The position numbers and the translations under genes are program-made. The notes beneath the pieces were generated by a model. It worked only from the letters and a program-made list of their open reading frames with translations. It searched no databases and was not told the DNA's origin. A DNA stretch of 41,441 nt, from IMG/VR virus record IMGVR_UViG_3300029341_000010; one strand, given 5' to 3'. Positions 23,248-30,320 of the stretch are shown in pieces (positions within the stretch are counted from its first letter, which is position 1; every line of letters begins with the position of its first letter). The stretch is from a virus.

Positions 23248-24312
23248 TTTTAGCACATCCTTAAATGTTTCGTCAATCGCAGAGGCTATTTTTTCGGCCT
23301 GGCCGTTGACTGCGTGGCCGTACACGCCAAATGTATCCATATTTTTGCTGTGCCCAACAATCTGTTTGAGCTGCCCTTCCGGGAGTGCGCTTGCAATCGA
23401 TACAAACGTGTGTCGAAGCTCGTAAAGAGAAACATAATTTATTCCGTTGTAATCGCAATACTTTCTCCACCATTTATAGAGCAAGTGCTCATCTGAGATG
23501 CCAAAAACACTTTTACCATTTTTTGTAAGTTCGCGTTGCGCATCTATTACGCTTTTAGCCATGTCGGACAATTCAATTGCTCTAACCGCATTGTCATTTT
23601 TACCTGTTGTTTTTTCTCCATAAATGTTGATCGCACGCCGCAGAAAAATTCTGTTTTCTTTCACATCTTCCCACTGCATGCCAATCAACTCACCCGGTCG
23701 AATCCCGGTCAGAACAGCAAGGCGGTATGCGTTGATATAAGGGTCTTTGGCTTCCTTGCCCATGTACTTGGTTTTGTCGCTTGACAATAAAATTGCTAAA
23801 TCGTCTGGCTGCAATATTTTCTTTTGCGGCTTTGGAGTTCCAGCGGGAATGTTCAAGTTATCTGGTACAAACGTTGTATAGCCTGAATTGCGTGCAAACC
23901 GAAAAAACGATGTGATGTCTCCATAGATATTTTGAAGCGTTTTACGGCTTTTTCCAGCGGCTTTGGCGTTGTCTAAAACTGTTTGCACTTGCTGCTGCGT
24001 CAACGATTCCAACCGCCGGTGCCCAATTTCCGGCTGAATCCATATGCGCCAGCGGCTTTCCTTTGGTCTAAAATTGCTTATGCCTGATATTTTTGATTCT
24101 CTCGCAAGGTATTCTTTATATGCGCTCTCGACCGTTTTTCCGCGCGTTTGCAAGCCGTTTTCTAGCCAGTCATCTGCTTTTTTGTTGGCTTCCCGCTGGC
24201 CTGTGCGCCCCGGCTTGGCGCTGGTAAAGGTTTTGCGCACGCCGTCTTTCTGCACGTTTATCTGCCAGCGCTGGGCAGATTCAATCCATTTTGCGGTATT
24301 TGTTCTTTTCAT
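23236..24312 (-). CDS. int: Tyrosine integrase
   Basis: A 358-aa product with an N-terminal SAM-like domain. Catalytic-domain motifs are LTGIRPGEL (Arg), ELRHTFVS (H-x-x-R) and GHS...VYGH (Tyr). Confidence 0.92.
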   Translation of the reverse strand: MKRTNTAKWIESAQRWQINVQKDGVRKTFTSAKPGRTGQREANKKADDWLENGLQTRGKTVESAYKEYLARESKISGISNFRPKESRWRIWIQPEIGHRRLESLTQQQVQTVLDNAKAAGKSRKTLQNIYGDITSFFRFARNSGYTTFVPDNLNIPAGTPKPQKKILQPDDLAILLSSDKTKYMGKEAKDPYINAYRLAVLTGIRPGELIGMQWEDVKENRIFLRRAINIYGEKTTGKNDNAVRAIELSDMAKSVIDAQRELTKNGKSVFGISDEHLLYKWWRKYCDYNGINYVSLYELRHTFVSIASALPEGQLKQIVGHSKNMDTFGVYGHAVNGQAEKIASAIDETFKDVLKSTH

Positions 24313-24712
24313 ATTGCGGCTCCTTTTTGTGTGTGTTATAATAATGCCGTCAACTTTTTATGTTGACGGCTCTTTGCCCTTGTCGGTGGTACGAACACCG
24401 GCAGGGGCTTTTTTGTTTAGTAGCGGATAAAACCAACAGACCCAATGCAAATATCAATAAGTTGTCGATATTGGTCATTTACAGCCTTTGACAAAAAGCA
24501 TATTGTGGGTGCAGTACAATTTTGGTCAAAGGGGGCAGACAAATGGAAAGGCTGGTAAACAAGCCGCCGTCCCATCATGGGCGAAAGCGACAAAAAAAGT
24601 TGTTGTCAAGTGCTGAAAATCCGATATATAGGACAGCAAAGACTTGACAAATGAGTATTTTTGTGAAAGTGTTGAAATACAACTGTGAGTTGTGTAAAAT
24701 ACAATCAACGGT

Positions 24713-25618
24713 TTATTTGGAAAACAATCTATTGCAATCTATTTTGTAAGATTTTAGAACCCTCTGCGCAATCCCATCTTTTCCAAAAATGTAGGATGTT
24801 ACAATACCTGCGGCATCTATCGCAGTAACAGTTGGGGTTTCAACAAGCATCCTACCGTATCTTTCTTTTGCCATATCAAAAATTTGTTCTTCAGTAAAGC
24901 CAGCGTTTTTTTGGGCTTTCTTTAGTTCATGCATAATTCCAGGAGCTATAAAAGGATATTGGCAATTCATATCATAAAAAGGTATTTCAAGTAGCATAGA
25001 AAAAGCCGTTTCAAACTTTTTTTCGTCTACCAAAAACTCATACATAATGTATCGTAACTCGCGGCATTTTTTGGGGGATGTAAAAGATGCCAAGTTAATT
25101 CTGTTGAGCTGCTCCCAAATTAAATCTCGATAATGTATATCGCGCCTTTCATTCACGGCACGGCAAAATTCAGGAAGTGAAAAAGCATATTTTGCAAAAG
25201 ATTTTCTGTTCCAAAAGTAAACGTACTCATTGTCTTTAATTTCTGCTTTTCCCTTTTCGGTCAATTTTCCGTTTTCGGCAAATCCCATTGATTCCAGCTT
25301 TTTAATAATCGGCCAAACGTCATCAACGCCATAATCATAATGCCAAAATTTTGCAACAGGCTTTCCGCTGGAATATTTTTCTAAATAAGAAAGCATTAAA
25401 ATTTCTGTTGGCTTCAGGCCATTTTTGTCTGCAAGGTCATCAGAGGAAAGCTCTAAGAAATACTCATTTGCACGCTCTTCCTGTTCTACGTGCCGCTTTT
25501 CTGCTTGTGCTTTGCAGTAACCAGCATACTGCTTTGCAATTTCATCTTTAGTCGGCTCATGTGTAGTTATGGAAACATTTACTTTTTGTTTCTGTTTCAA
25601 AAAGTCAAAAAAGCCCAC
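24713..25618 (-). CDS. Hypothetical 301-aa protein, A+T-rich orphan between repressor and integrase
   Basis: A long, clean ORF on the lysogeny strand that is markedly more A+T-rich by eye than the rest of the genome. No family was recognised. Confidence 0.7.
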   Translation of the reverse strand: MGFFDFLKQKQKVNVSITTHEPTKDEIAKQYAGYCKAQAEKRHVEQEERANEYFLELSSDDLADKNGLKPTEILMLSYLEKYSSGKPVAKFWHYDYGVDDVWPIIKKLESMGFAENGKLTEKGKAEIKDNEYVYFWNRKSFAKYAFSLPEFCRAVNERRDIHYRDLIWEQLNRINLASFTSPKKCRELRYIMYEFLVDEKKFETAFSMLLEIPFYDMNCQYPFIAPGIMHELKKAQKNAGFTEEQIFDMAKERYGRMLVETPTVTAIDAAGIVTSYIFGKDGIAQRVLKSYKIDCNRLFSK

Positions 25619-25696
25619 GATATCACAACCTTATTTAATTTTTGGAGGAATCAGCAATGACGGACACAGAAAAACTTATTGAAATTGTTTCAACAT

Positions 25697-26062
25697 TTAC
25701 GCCTGACCAGATGACCGATTTTGTAACTGCTGCGCAAGATTTAATAAAGCGCTTGCAAGCTGAGGGCTCTCTTGGCAAAGAAAAATGAGCTTTTGTACAT
25801 CTTGCGGCAAATCAGATATTAGCCCATCGCCTTGTGCGGTGGGCTTTTTTCCTTCTTCGGTATCCCCGCGCAAGTCGTCAACGGTGACTCCTAGCAAACT
25901 GGCAACATCGGCTAGCATATGCTCTGGCAAATCGCGCCCGTTTGCTAGCATTTCAGACAAATATCCACGACTTTTCCCAAGCTCTGTACTAATATGCGTG
26001 AAGGCAATTCCTTTTTTCTTTGCTATTTTCTTGGCTTTTTCAACGTATCGCACACAAATCAC
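25697..26062 (-). CDS. CI-like repressor (XRE-family HTH)
   Basis: The HTH reads FTHISTELGKSRGYLSEMLANGRDLPEHMLADVASLLGVTVDDL. The gene is divergent from a cro-like gene. It has a GTG start with a poor RBS, so the start is uncertain. Confidence 0.8.
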   Translation of the reverse strand: MICVRYVEKAKKIAKKKGIAFTHISTELGKSRGYLSEMLANGRDLPEHMLADVASLLGVTVDDLRGDTEEGKKPTAQGDGLISDLPQDVQKLIFLCQESPQLASALLNLAQQLQNRSSGQA

Positions 26063-26090
26063 ACCGTTTCTTTGTGCATATTGCCAATTC

Positions 26091-26109
26091 GCTAGAAAAT
26101 GCTAGAAAA
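26091..26109. promoter_or_regulatory. Operator-like tandem repeat GCTAGAAAA-T-GCTAGAAAA
   Basis: Two 9-mers with a 10-bp period. The element contains the half-site ATGCTAG (26099-26105), which is shared with the palindrome at 26120-26135. Confidence 0.55.
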
Positions 26110-26112
26110 CTA

Positions 26113-26141
26113 TTTACATCTAGCATAAATGCTAGTATAAT
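26113..26141 (+). promoter_or_regulatory. Early rightward promoter (TTTACA - 17 nt - TATAAT)
   Basis: The -35 element is at 26113-26118 and a perfect -10 at 26136-26141, with an exact 17-nt spacer. The promoter points at the cro-like gene. Confidence 0.75.
26120..26135. promoter_or_regulatory. Palindromic operator CTAGCAT-AA-ATGCTAG inside the promoter spacer
   Basis: Perfect 7-nt inverted arms that fill the spacer between the -35 and -10 elements. Confidence 0.7.
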
Positions 26142-26206
26142 AGATAGCACAGAGGGCAACAAAGAACCAAGCCCCCTAAAATTCAGCGGACTAGCTAAAA
26201 ATATGC

Positions 26207-26215
26207 TGTTATAAA
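26207..26215 (+). promoter_or_regulatory. Possible second promoter (extended -10, TGTTATAAA)
   Basis: TGn followed by TATAAA. No good -35 element was found. Confidence 0.3.
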
Positions 26216-26231
26216 TCTCGCAAGTTCATAG

Positions 26232-26248
26232 TAGCATATTTTCTAGCA
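26232..26248. promoter_or_regulatory. Third operator-like site TAGCATATTTTCTAGCA
   Basis: It nearly matches the reverse complement of 26091-26109 (CTAGCATTTTCTAGC) and lies in the leader of the cro-like gene. Confidence 0.5.
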
Positions 26249-26277
26249 ATAGTCAACTAGAAAGGAGCTTTTGCTAG

Positions 26278-26472
26278 GTGAATATTTCGAAAATTGATGC
26301 TCTGTGCCGAAAAAACAATATTTCCCGCACAATCCTTGAAGAACGCGCCGGAATCTCAAACGGCGCACTTGGCAAGTGGGAGAAATCGCCTTACGGCCCC
26401 AGCATCACGACGCTAAAGAAAGTGGCTGATTATTTCGGCGTGCCGGTTGATTATTTGCTAACCGATAACTAG
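26278..26472 (+). CDS. Cro-like XRE-family HTH protein
   Basis: A 64-aa product with a GTG start after AAAGGAG. The HTH reads ISRTILEERAGISNGALGKWEK...TTLKKVADYFGVPVDYLL. Confidence 0.8.
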   Translation: MNISKIDALCRKNNISRTILEERAGISNGALGKWEKSPYGPSITTLKKVADYFGVPVDYLLTDN

Positions 26473-26525
26473 AAAGATGGAAGCGGCTGTAAGTGAACTG
26501 ATTGCGGAAAGAAAGGAGTGAGCGA

Positions 26526-27263
26526 ATGAACAACATTCAGATTTTTAAGTACGAAAACAACGATGTACGCACGGTTGAGTTGAACGGCGAACCGTGGTTC
26601 GCCCTCAAAGACGTGTGCGCGGTGCTGGGGATCTCCAACCACAAAATGACGGCGCAGCGGCTTGATGCGGATGAGGTAATCCTGACTGACCTCACCGACA
26701 GCATGGGCCGCCAGCAGGAGACTACCGTTATCAACGAATCCGGCCTGTACAACGTCATCCTGCGTAGTGACAAGCCAGAGGCAAAGCCTTTCCGCAAATG
26801 GGTCACCAGTGAAGTCTTGCCCAGTATCCGCAAAAACGGTGGTTACATCGCCGGGCAGGAACAGCTTACGCCATCTGAGCTTATGGCTAAAGCACTGCTT
26901 GTTGCCAACAAAACGCTTGCAGAACGGGATGCTCGGATTTCGGAACTTACAGTTCAGAATGCTATTATGCAGCCTAAAGCTGAATATTTTGACGAACTTG
27001 TAGACCGTAATTTGCTGACCAGCTTTCGGGAGACGGCAAAACAACTTGGAGTTGAAGAGAAAAAGTTTATCTCTTTTTTGATGGAAAAGAAATACATCTA
27101 CAGAGATAAAAAAGCAAAGCTGATGCCATACGCCGATAAAAACAACGGATTGTTTGAGGTTAAAGAGTGCTTTAACGAGAAAACCAAGTGGAGCGGCACA
27201 CAGACACTTATCACGCCTAAAGGCCGTGAGACGTTCCGACTGCTGTGCTTGAATGCTTTATAA
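26526..27263 (+). CDS. Antirepressor (Bro-N domain + KilA-C type C-terminal domain)
   Basis: ATG after GAAAGGAG. The N-terminus IQIFKYENNDVRTVELNGEPWFALKDVCAVLGI...RKWVTSEVLPSIRKNGGY is a classic Bro-N sequence. The C-terminus has the LLTSFRETAKQLGV motif. Confidence 0.88.
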   Translation: MNNIQIFKYENNDVRTVELNGEPWFALKDVCAVLGISNHKMTAQRLDADEVILTDLTDSMGRQQETTVINESGLYNVILRSDKPEAKPFRKWVTSEVLPSIRKNGGYIAGQEQLTPSELMAKALLVANKTLAERDARISELTVQNAIMQPKAEYFDELVDRNLLTSFRETAKQLGVEEKKFISFLMEKKYIYRDKKAKLMPYADKNNGLFEVKECFNEKTKWSGTQTLITPKGRETFRLLCLNAL

Positions 27264-27373
27264 AAAGGAGCAACCCAATGACACCTAAACTGTTTGTCAC
27301 AATTGCTATCAAGGGCGCTGTGCTGGGCGGTGCGATATGCAATCTGGTTTTTACGCTCTACTTTGAACACTGG

Positions 27374-27640
27374 TTAAAAAGAGAGCGGGAAAAGGCCGAG
27401 CGCTTCGCCGAAAAGAGAAATTGCAGCGATTATTACCGATACAATGGCAATAGCGTTTGCACGCTTTGCACTGGCATCGGCATCCTTTGCATCCTGCTCA
27501 GCTTTTTGAGCACGGCGCTCCGCTAACTCTGCAAGGCGTTTGGCTTGTACGGCAGTTTCCGTTGATGCTTTTTCAATATTTTTCAGCGGAGTGCTTTCAA
27601 AGTCAATGTCTTTTGTAAAATCTGGAATTTTTAAATCCAT
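27374..27640 (-). CDS. Tail-anchored membrane protein (88 aa) on the opposite strand within the early region
   Basis: ATG 8 nt after AGGGGG. The product has a coiled Ala/Lys/Glu-rich middle and a C-terminal TM helix AIAIVSVIIAAISLFGEALGLF. The strand choice is not certain (see findings). Confidence 0.5.
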   Translation of the reverse strand: MDLKIPDFTKDIDFESTPLKNIEKASTETAVQAKRLAELAERRAQKAEQDAKDADASAKRANAIAIVSVIIAAISLFGEALGLFPLSF

Positions 27641-27703
27641 ACTATTTTCCCCCTTTCGCACAGTATATAACTTCTTGATATGTGTTACAAGGAGATGATG
27701 AAC

Positions 27704-28000
27704 ATGACAAACCTTGCTTTTAAAGCGCTTCTCAAAAGTAAAGGTTACAACCGGGAAAAACTGGCAGAAGAACTGAAATTGAGTGGAAATTCTGTTGGGA
27801 GAAAATACACAGGTAAAATTCCATGGACGTGGCCGGAGGTTTGCAAAGTATGTGCCGCGCTAGGCATCACGCTTGACGAATTTGCCGCCTACTTCCCCGC
27901 CGCCGCAGTCCGCCGGTCAACCACCGTCAAGCCCAAATCCGACCGCGAACAGCTGGCCGACGCGCTGCAGCTTGCCGCTGACATCCTCAAAAAAGCGTAG
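27704..28000 (+). CDS. Small HTH regulatory protein
   Basis: The third ATG after AAGGAG. The product contains FKALLKSKGYNREKLAEELKLSGNSVGRKYTGKIPWTWPEVCKVCAALGITLDEF. Confidence 0.65.
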   Translation: MTNLAFKALLKSKGYNREKLAEELKLSGNSVGRKYTGKIPWTWPEVCKVCAALGITLDEFAAYFPAAAVRRSTTVKPKSDREQLADALQLAADILKKA

Positions 28001-28290
28001 GAATTGCGCGGAGCGGAAATGCCGAGCAAAGGAAAAGCCATGCTTGCCCATGCAATGGCAAGGCTATGAACGGCAATGGCGATGCGCAGCTTGGAAAGGA
28101 AAGGAATTGATTTGCATTGGAAAAGCACCGTTTAGCATTGTTTTGCAATGGCAAAGAGATGTATGGAGCCGCAAAGGCATAGCTACGCTGAGAAAAGCCA
28201 CGGTGAAGCTTAGCTGAGCTTGGCAAAGCGACGGAAAAGCAAAGACTTGAAGAGCAACCGTAATTTATCAATTAGAAAGGACTACCACAA
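28001..28290. repeat. Non-coding tract with reiterated short motifs (GAAAAGC x4, GCAATGGC x3, GCAAAG x5)
   Basis: GAAAAGC occurs at 28032, 28120, 28192 and 28234. GCAATGGC occurs at 28052, 28073 and 28145. The tract has no protein-like ORF. Confidence 0.6.
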
Positions 28291-28896
28291 ATGAAAATCC
28301 GTATCACTTTAACCGAAGAGGTTTTAGGTTCCAGCCCCAGCAATGAGGAGCTGTTGGCCGCTTACATCGCCAGCAAGGCCCCTACCGATGACCTGACCGC
28401 GCAGGAAGTCAACAACATCAAAGCGCAGGCGGCAGAGGAAAGAACGACCGTCTTTCCCAAAACTGCCGACGGAACGCCGTTCATCTACGATTATCAGATC
28501 AAGGGCATGTTTAAGGACAGCTGCAAGGTTCTTGCCACTGCCGGTAAGGCAGGCTATCCGGGCGGCAAGCACTGTGCCGCGTTGAAAGCTTACAAGAAAG
28601 CCATTGACGGCCTGATTTTCGTTTCCCCGCGTGAGATTCCATACAACCTTCACGGCCTAAAGATGGGCTTCTGTGAGCGCCCCCTGCGCGCACAGACCCC
28701 GATGGGTGAGCGCGTCAGCATCGCCAAGAGCGAGAGCGTGCCCGCCGGAGCAACCGCAGAATTTGAAATCGAATGCCTGGATGAAAAGCTGGAAGATATG
28801 GTACGCGAATGTTTGGACTACGGCGCAAAGCGCGGCTTGGGCCAGTGGCGCAACTCCGGCAAGGGCCGCTTTGAATGGGAGGAAGTAAAAGAATGA
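28291..28896 (+). CDS. Hypothetical 201-aa protein with RAMP-like sequence features (speculative)
   Basis: GAAAGGA RBS. The N-terminus is MKIRITLTEEVLGSSP, with YQIKGMFKDSCK, PLRAQTPMGERV and a C-terminal Gly-rich loop GLGQWRNSGKGRFEWEE. Confidence 0.65.
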   Translation: MKIRITLTEEVLGSSPSNEELLAAYIASKAPTDDLTAQEVNNIKAQAAEERTTVFPKTADGTPFIYDYQIKGMFKDSCKVLATAGKAGYPGGKHCAALKAYKKAIDGLIFVSPREIPYNLHGLKMGFCERPLRAQTPMGERVSIAKSESVPAGATAEFEIECLDEKLEDMVRECLDYGAKRGLGQWRNSGKGRFEWEEVKE

Positions 28897-29153
28897 TGGC
28901 GACAGCAACAAAAAAACACCGCCCCTGTGCTGGCACACAGAAACGGCAGAACGAACAGAGCATCGCAAAAAGCTCTAACTATATTCTATCACTTACCAGT
29001 GCTGCCGTCAAGCTGGCAATCACCGCAGATTTGGTGCTGCTTCTGGCCGCGCTCGGCAGCCTGAACATTCCAGTAACCATCCTCGCACTGCTGGCCCTGA
29101 ATCCGCTGTGCGGACTGTATTTTAAGGAGGAATCCCGCCGTGAAGAAATTTGA
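28893..29153 (+). CDS. Small membrane protein (86 aa)
   Basis: ATGA overlap with the upstream stop. Hydrophobic segments are LAITADLVLLLAALG and IPVTILALLALNPLCGLYF. Confidence 0.55.
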   Translation: MMATATKKHRPCAGTQKRQNEQSIAKSSNYILSLTSAAVKLAITADLVLLLAALGSLNIPVTILALLALNPLCGLYFKEESRREEI

Positions 29154-30126
29154 ACTCACCGATGAATTTATAACAAACGCTTTCGGTAATAAGCTGTTCC
29201 GCATCAAGGCTATTGTCGATTTCGGTACCATAAGAGCTGGCGAACTTGGGGGCTTTGTGGAAAAGGAAGAAAACCTCTCCAACGATGACAATGCGTGGGT
29301 CTCCGGCAATGCGCGGGTCTCCGACGATGCGCGAATCTCCGACGATGCGCGAATCTCCGGCAATGCGCAGGTCTCCGGCAATGCGTCGGTCTTCGGCAAT
29401 GCGTCGGTCTCCGACGATGCGCGAATCTCCGGCAATGCGCAGGTCTCCGGCAATGCGTCGGTCTTCGGCAATGCGTTGGTCTACGACAATGCGCAGGTCT
29501 ACGGCAATGCGTCGGTCTACGGCAATGCGTGGGTCTACGACGATGCGCGAATCTCCGGCAATGCGCAGGTCTACGGCAATGCGTCGGTCTACGGCAATGC
29601 GTGGGTCTACGACGATGCGCAGGTCTCCGGCAATGAGTCGGTCTACGGCAATGCGTGGGTCTACGGCAATGCGCAGGTCTACGGCAATGCGTTGGTCTCC
29701 GGCAATGCGCAGGTCTCCGGCAATGCGTCGGTCTACGGCAATGCGTGGGTCTACGACGATGCGCGAATCTCCGGCAATGCGCAGGTCTCCGGCAATGCGC
29801 GGGTCTCCGACGATGCGCGAATCTCCGACGATGCGCGAATCTCCGGCAATGCGCAGGTCTCCGGCAATGCGTCGGTCTTCGGCAATGCGGACTACGCCGT
29901 CGTTGAAGGCTTTGGCCGATATTTTCGCGCGACCACATTTTTTCGCTGCAAGGATAAAATTCTCCGCGTGCAGTGCGGTTGCTTTTATGGCGATTTAGCG
30001 GAGTTCCGCGAGATTGTCAAGAAAACCCACGGAGACAGCAAATACGCCAAAGAGTACCTTGCGATTGCTGACTTGATGGAGCTGCATTTTTCTGATGATG
30101 AAGGAAGACAGGAGGCCGCAGAATGA
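29140..30126 (+). CDS. Hexapeptide-repeat (left-handed beta-helix type) protein with distinct N- and C-terminal domains
   Basis: GTG start 9 nt after GGAGG. I count 32 consecutive 6-residue units of the form [SYF][GD][ND]Ax[VI], plus degenerate flanking units, encoded by 18-nt DNA repeats from about 29283 to 29890. Confidence 0.85.
   Translation: MKKFELTDEFITNAFGNKLFRIKAIVDFGTIRAGELGGFVEKEENLSNDDNAWVSGNARVSDDARISDDARISGNAQVSGNASVFGNASVSDDARISGNAQVSGNASVFGNALVYDNAQVYGNASVYGNAWVYDDARISGNAQVYGNASVYGNAWVYDDAQVSGNESVYGNAWVYGNAQVYGNALVSGNAQVSGNASVYGNAWVYDDARISGNAQVSGNARVSDDARISDDARISGNAQVSGNASVFGNADYAVVEGFGRYFRATTFFRCKDKILRVQCGCFYGDLAEFREIVKKTHGDSKYAKEYLAIADLMELHFSDDEGRQEAAE
29298..29403 (+). repeat. 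106-bp perfect direct repeat, copy 1 (inside the hexapeptide array)
   Basis: Identical to 29784-29889 when read directly. The offset is 486 nt, which is exactly 27 hexapeptide units. Confidence 0.9.
29784..29889 (+). repeat. 106-bp perfect direct repeat, copy 2
   Basis: Identical to 29298-29403. Confidence 0.9.
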
Positions 30127-30320
30127 CCAGCTTTTATGGCCATCAAGATAACCCATTTCCACCATCTGATGATAACTGCCCCATCTGCCCAATCTGCGGC
30201 GATGAATGTGAAACCCTGTACCGTCAGGGCAATGAGATTATCGGCTGCGAGAACTGCATTATAGAAGTCAATGCCTGGGAATGGCAGAACGAACAGGAGG
30301 AACCCAATGAATTTATTTGA
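30123..30320 (+). CDS. Small Zn-ribbon protein (65 aa)
   Basis: ATGA overlap with the upstream stop. The Cys pairs are CPICPICGDEC...CENC. Confidence 0.6.
   Translation: MTSFYGHQDNPFPPSDDNCPICPICGDECETLYRQGNEIIGCENCIIEVNAWEWQNEQEEPNEFI

Noticed and set aside
24526-24708. A 60-aa minus-strand ORF in the int-orphan spacer
   Set aside because: It has no RBS and an implausible sequence. The spacer more likely holds the int promoter and regulatory DNA, though I could not identify a convincing -35/-10 pair there.
25657-25788. A 43-aa + strand ORF (MTDTEKLIEIVSTFTPDQMTDFVTAAQDLIKRLQAEGSLGKEK) with a GGAGG RBS
   Set aside because: It is antisense to the C-terminal helices of the CI-like repressor, whose C-terminus (QKLIFLCQESPQLASALLNLAQQLQ) looks like a genuine repressor tail. 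It is likely a mirror-image artefact. It is kept as a low-probability alternative.
27278-27526. A + strand 82-aa ORF with a good RBS opposite the tail-anchored protein gene
   Set aside because: It is not fully rejected. It was judged less likely than the minus-strand ORF because its C-terminal half is Cys-rich and unnatural-looking (see finding).
27873-28271. ORFs 27873-28217 (+), 27889-28128 (-) and 27987-28271 (-)
   Set aside because: They overlap each other and the repeated-motif tract. Their translations are Ser/Cys/Pro/Leu-rich and unlike real proteins.
29210-29998. Alternative-frame ORFs (29210-29938 minus; 29246-29998, 29295-29636 and 29655-29906 plus) and a CRISPR-like appearance of the 18-nt repeats
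   Set aside because: The repeats are contiguous with no spacers, so this is not a CRISPR array. The alternative frames give monotonous RRxxHC or MRxSxA strings. Only the hexapeptide frame connects to normal N- and C-terminal domains and to an RBS.
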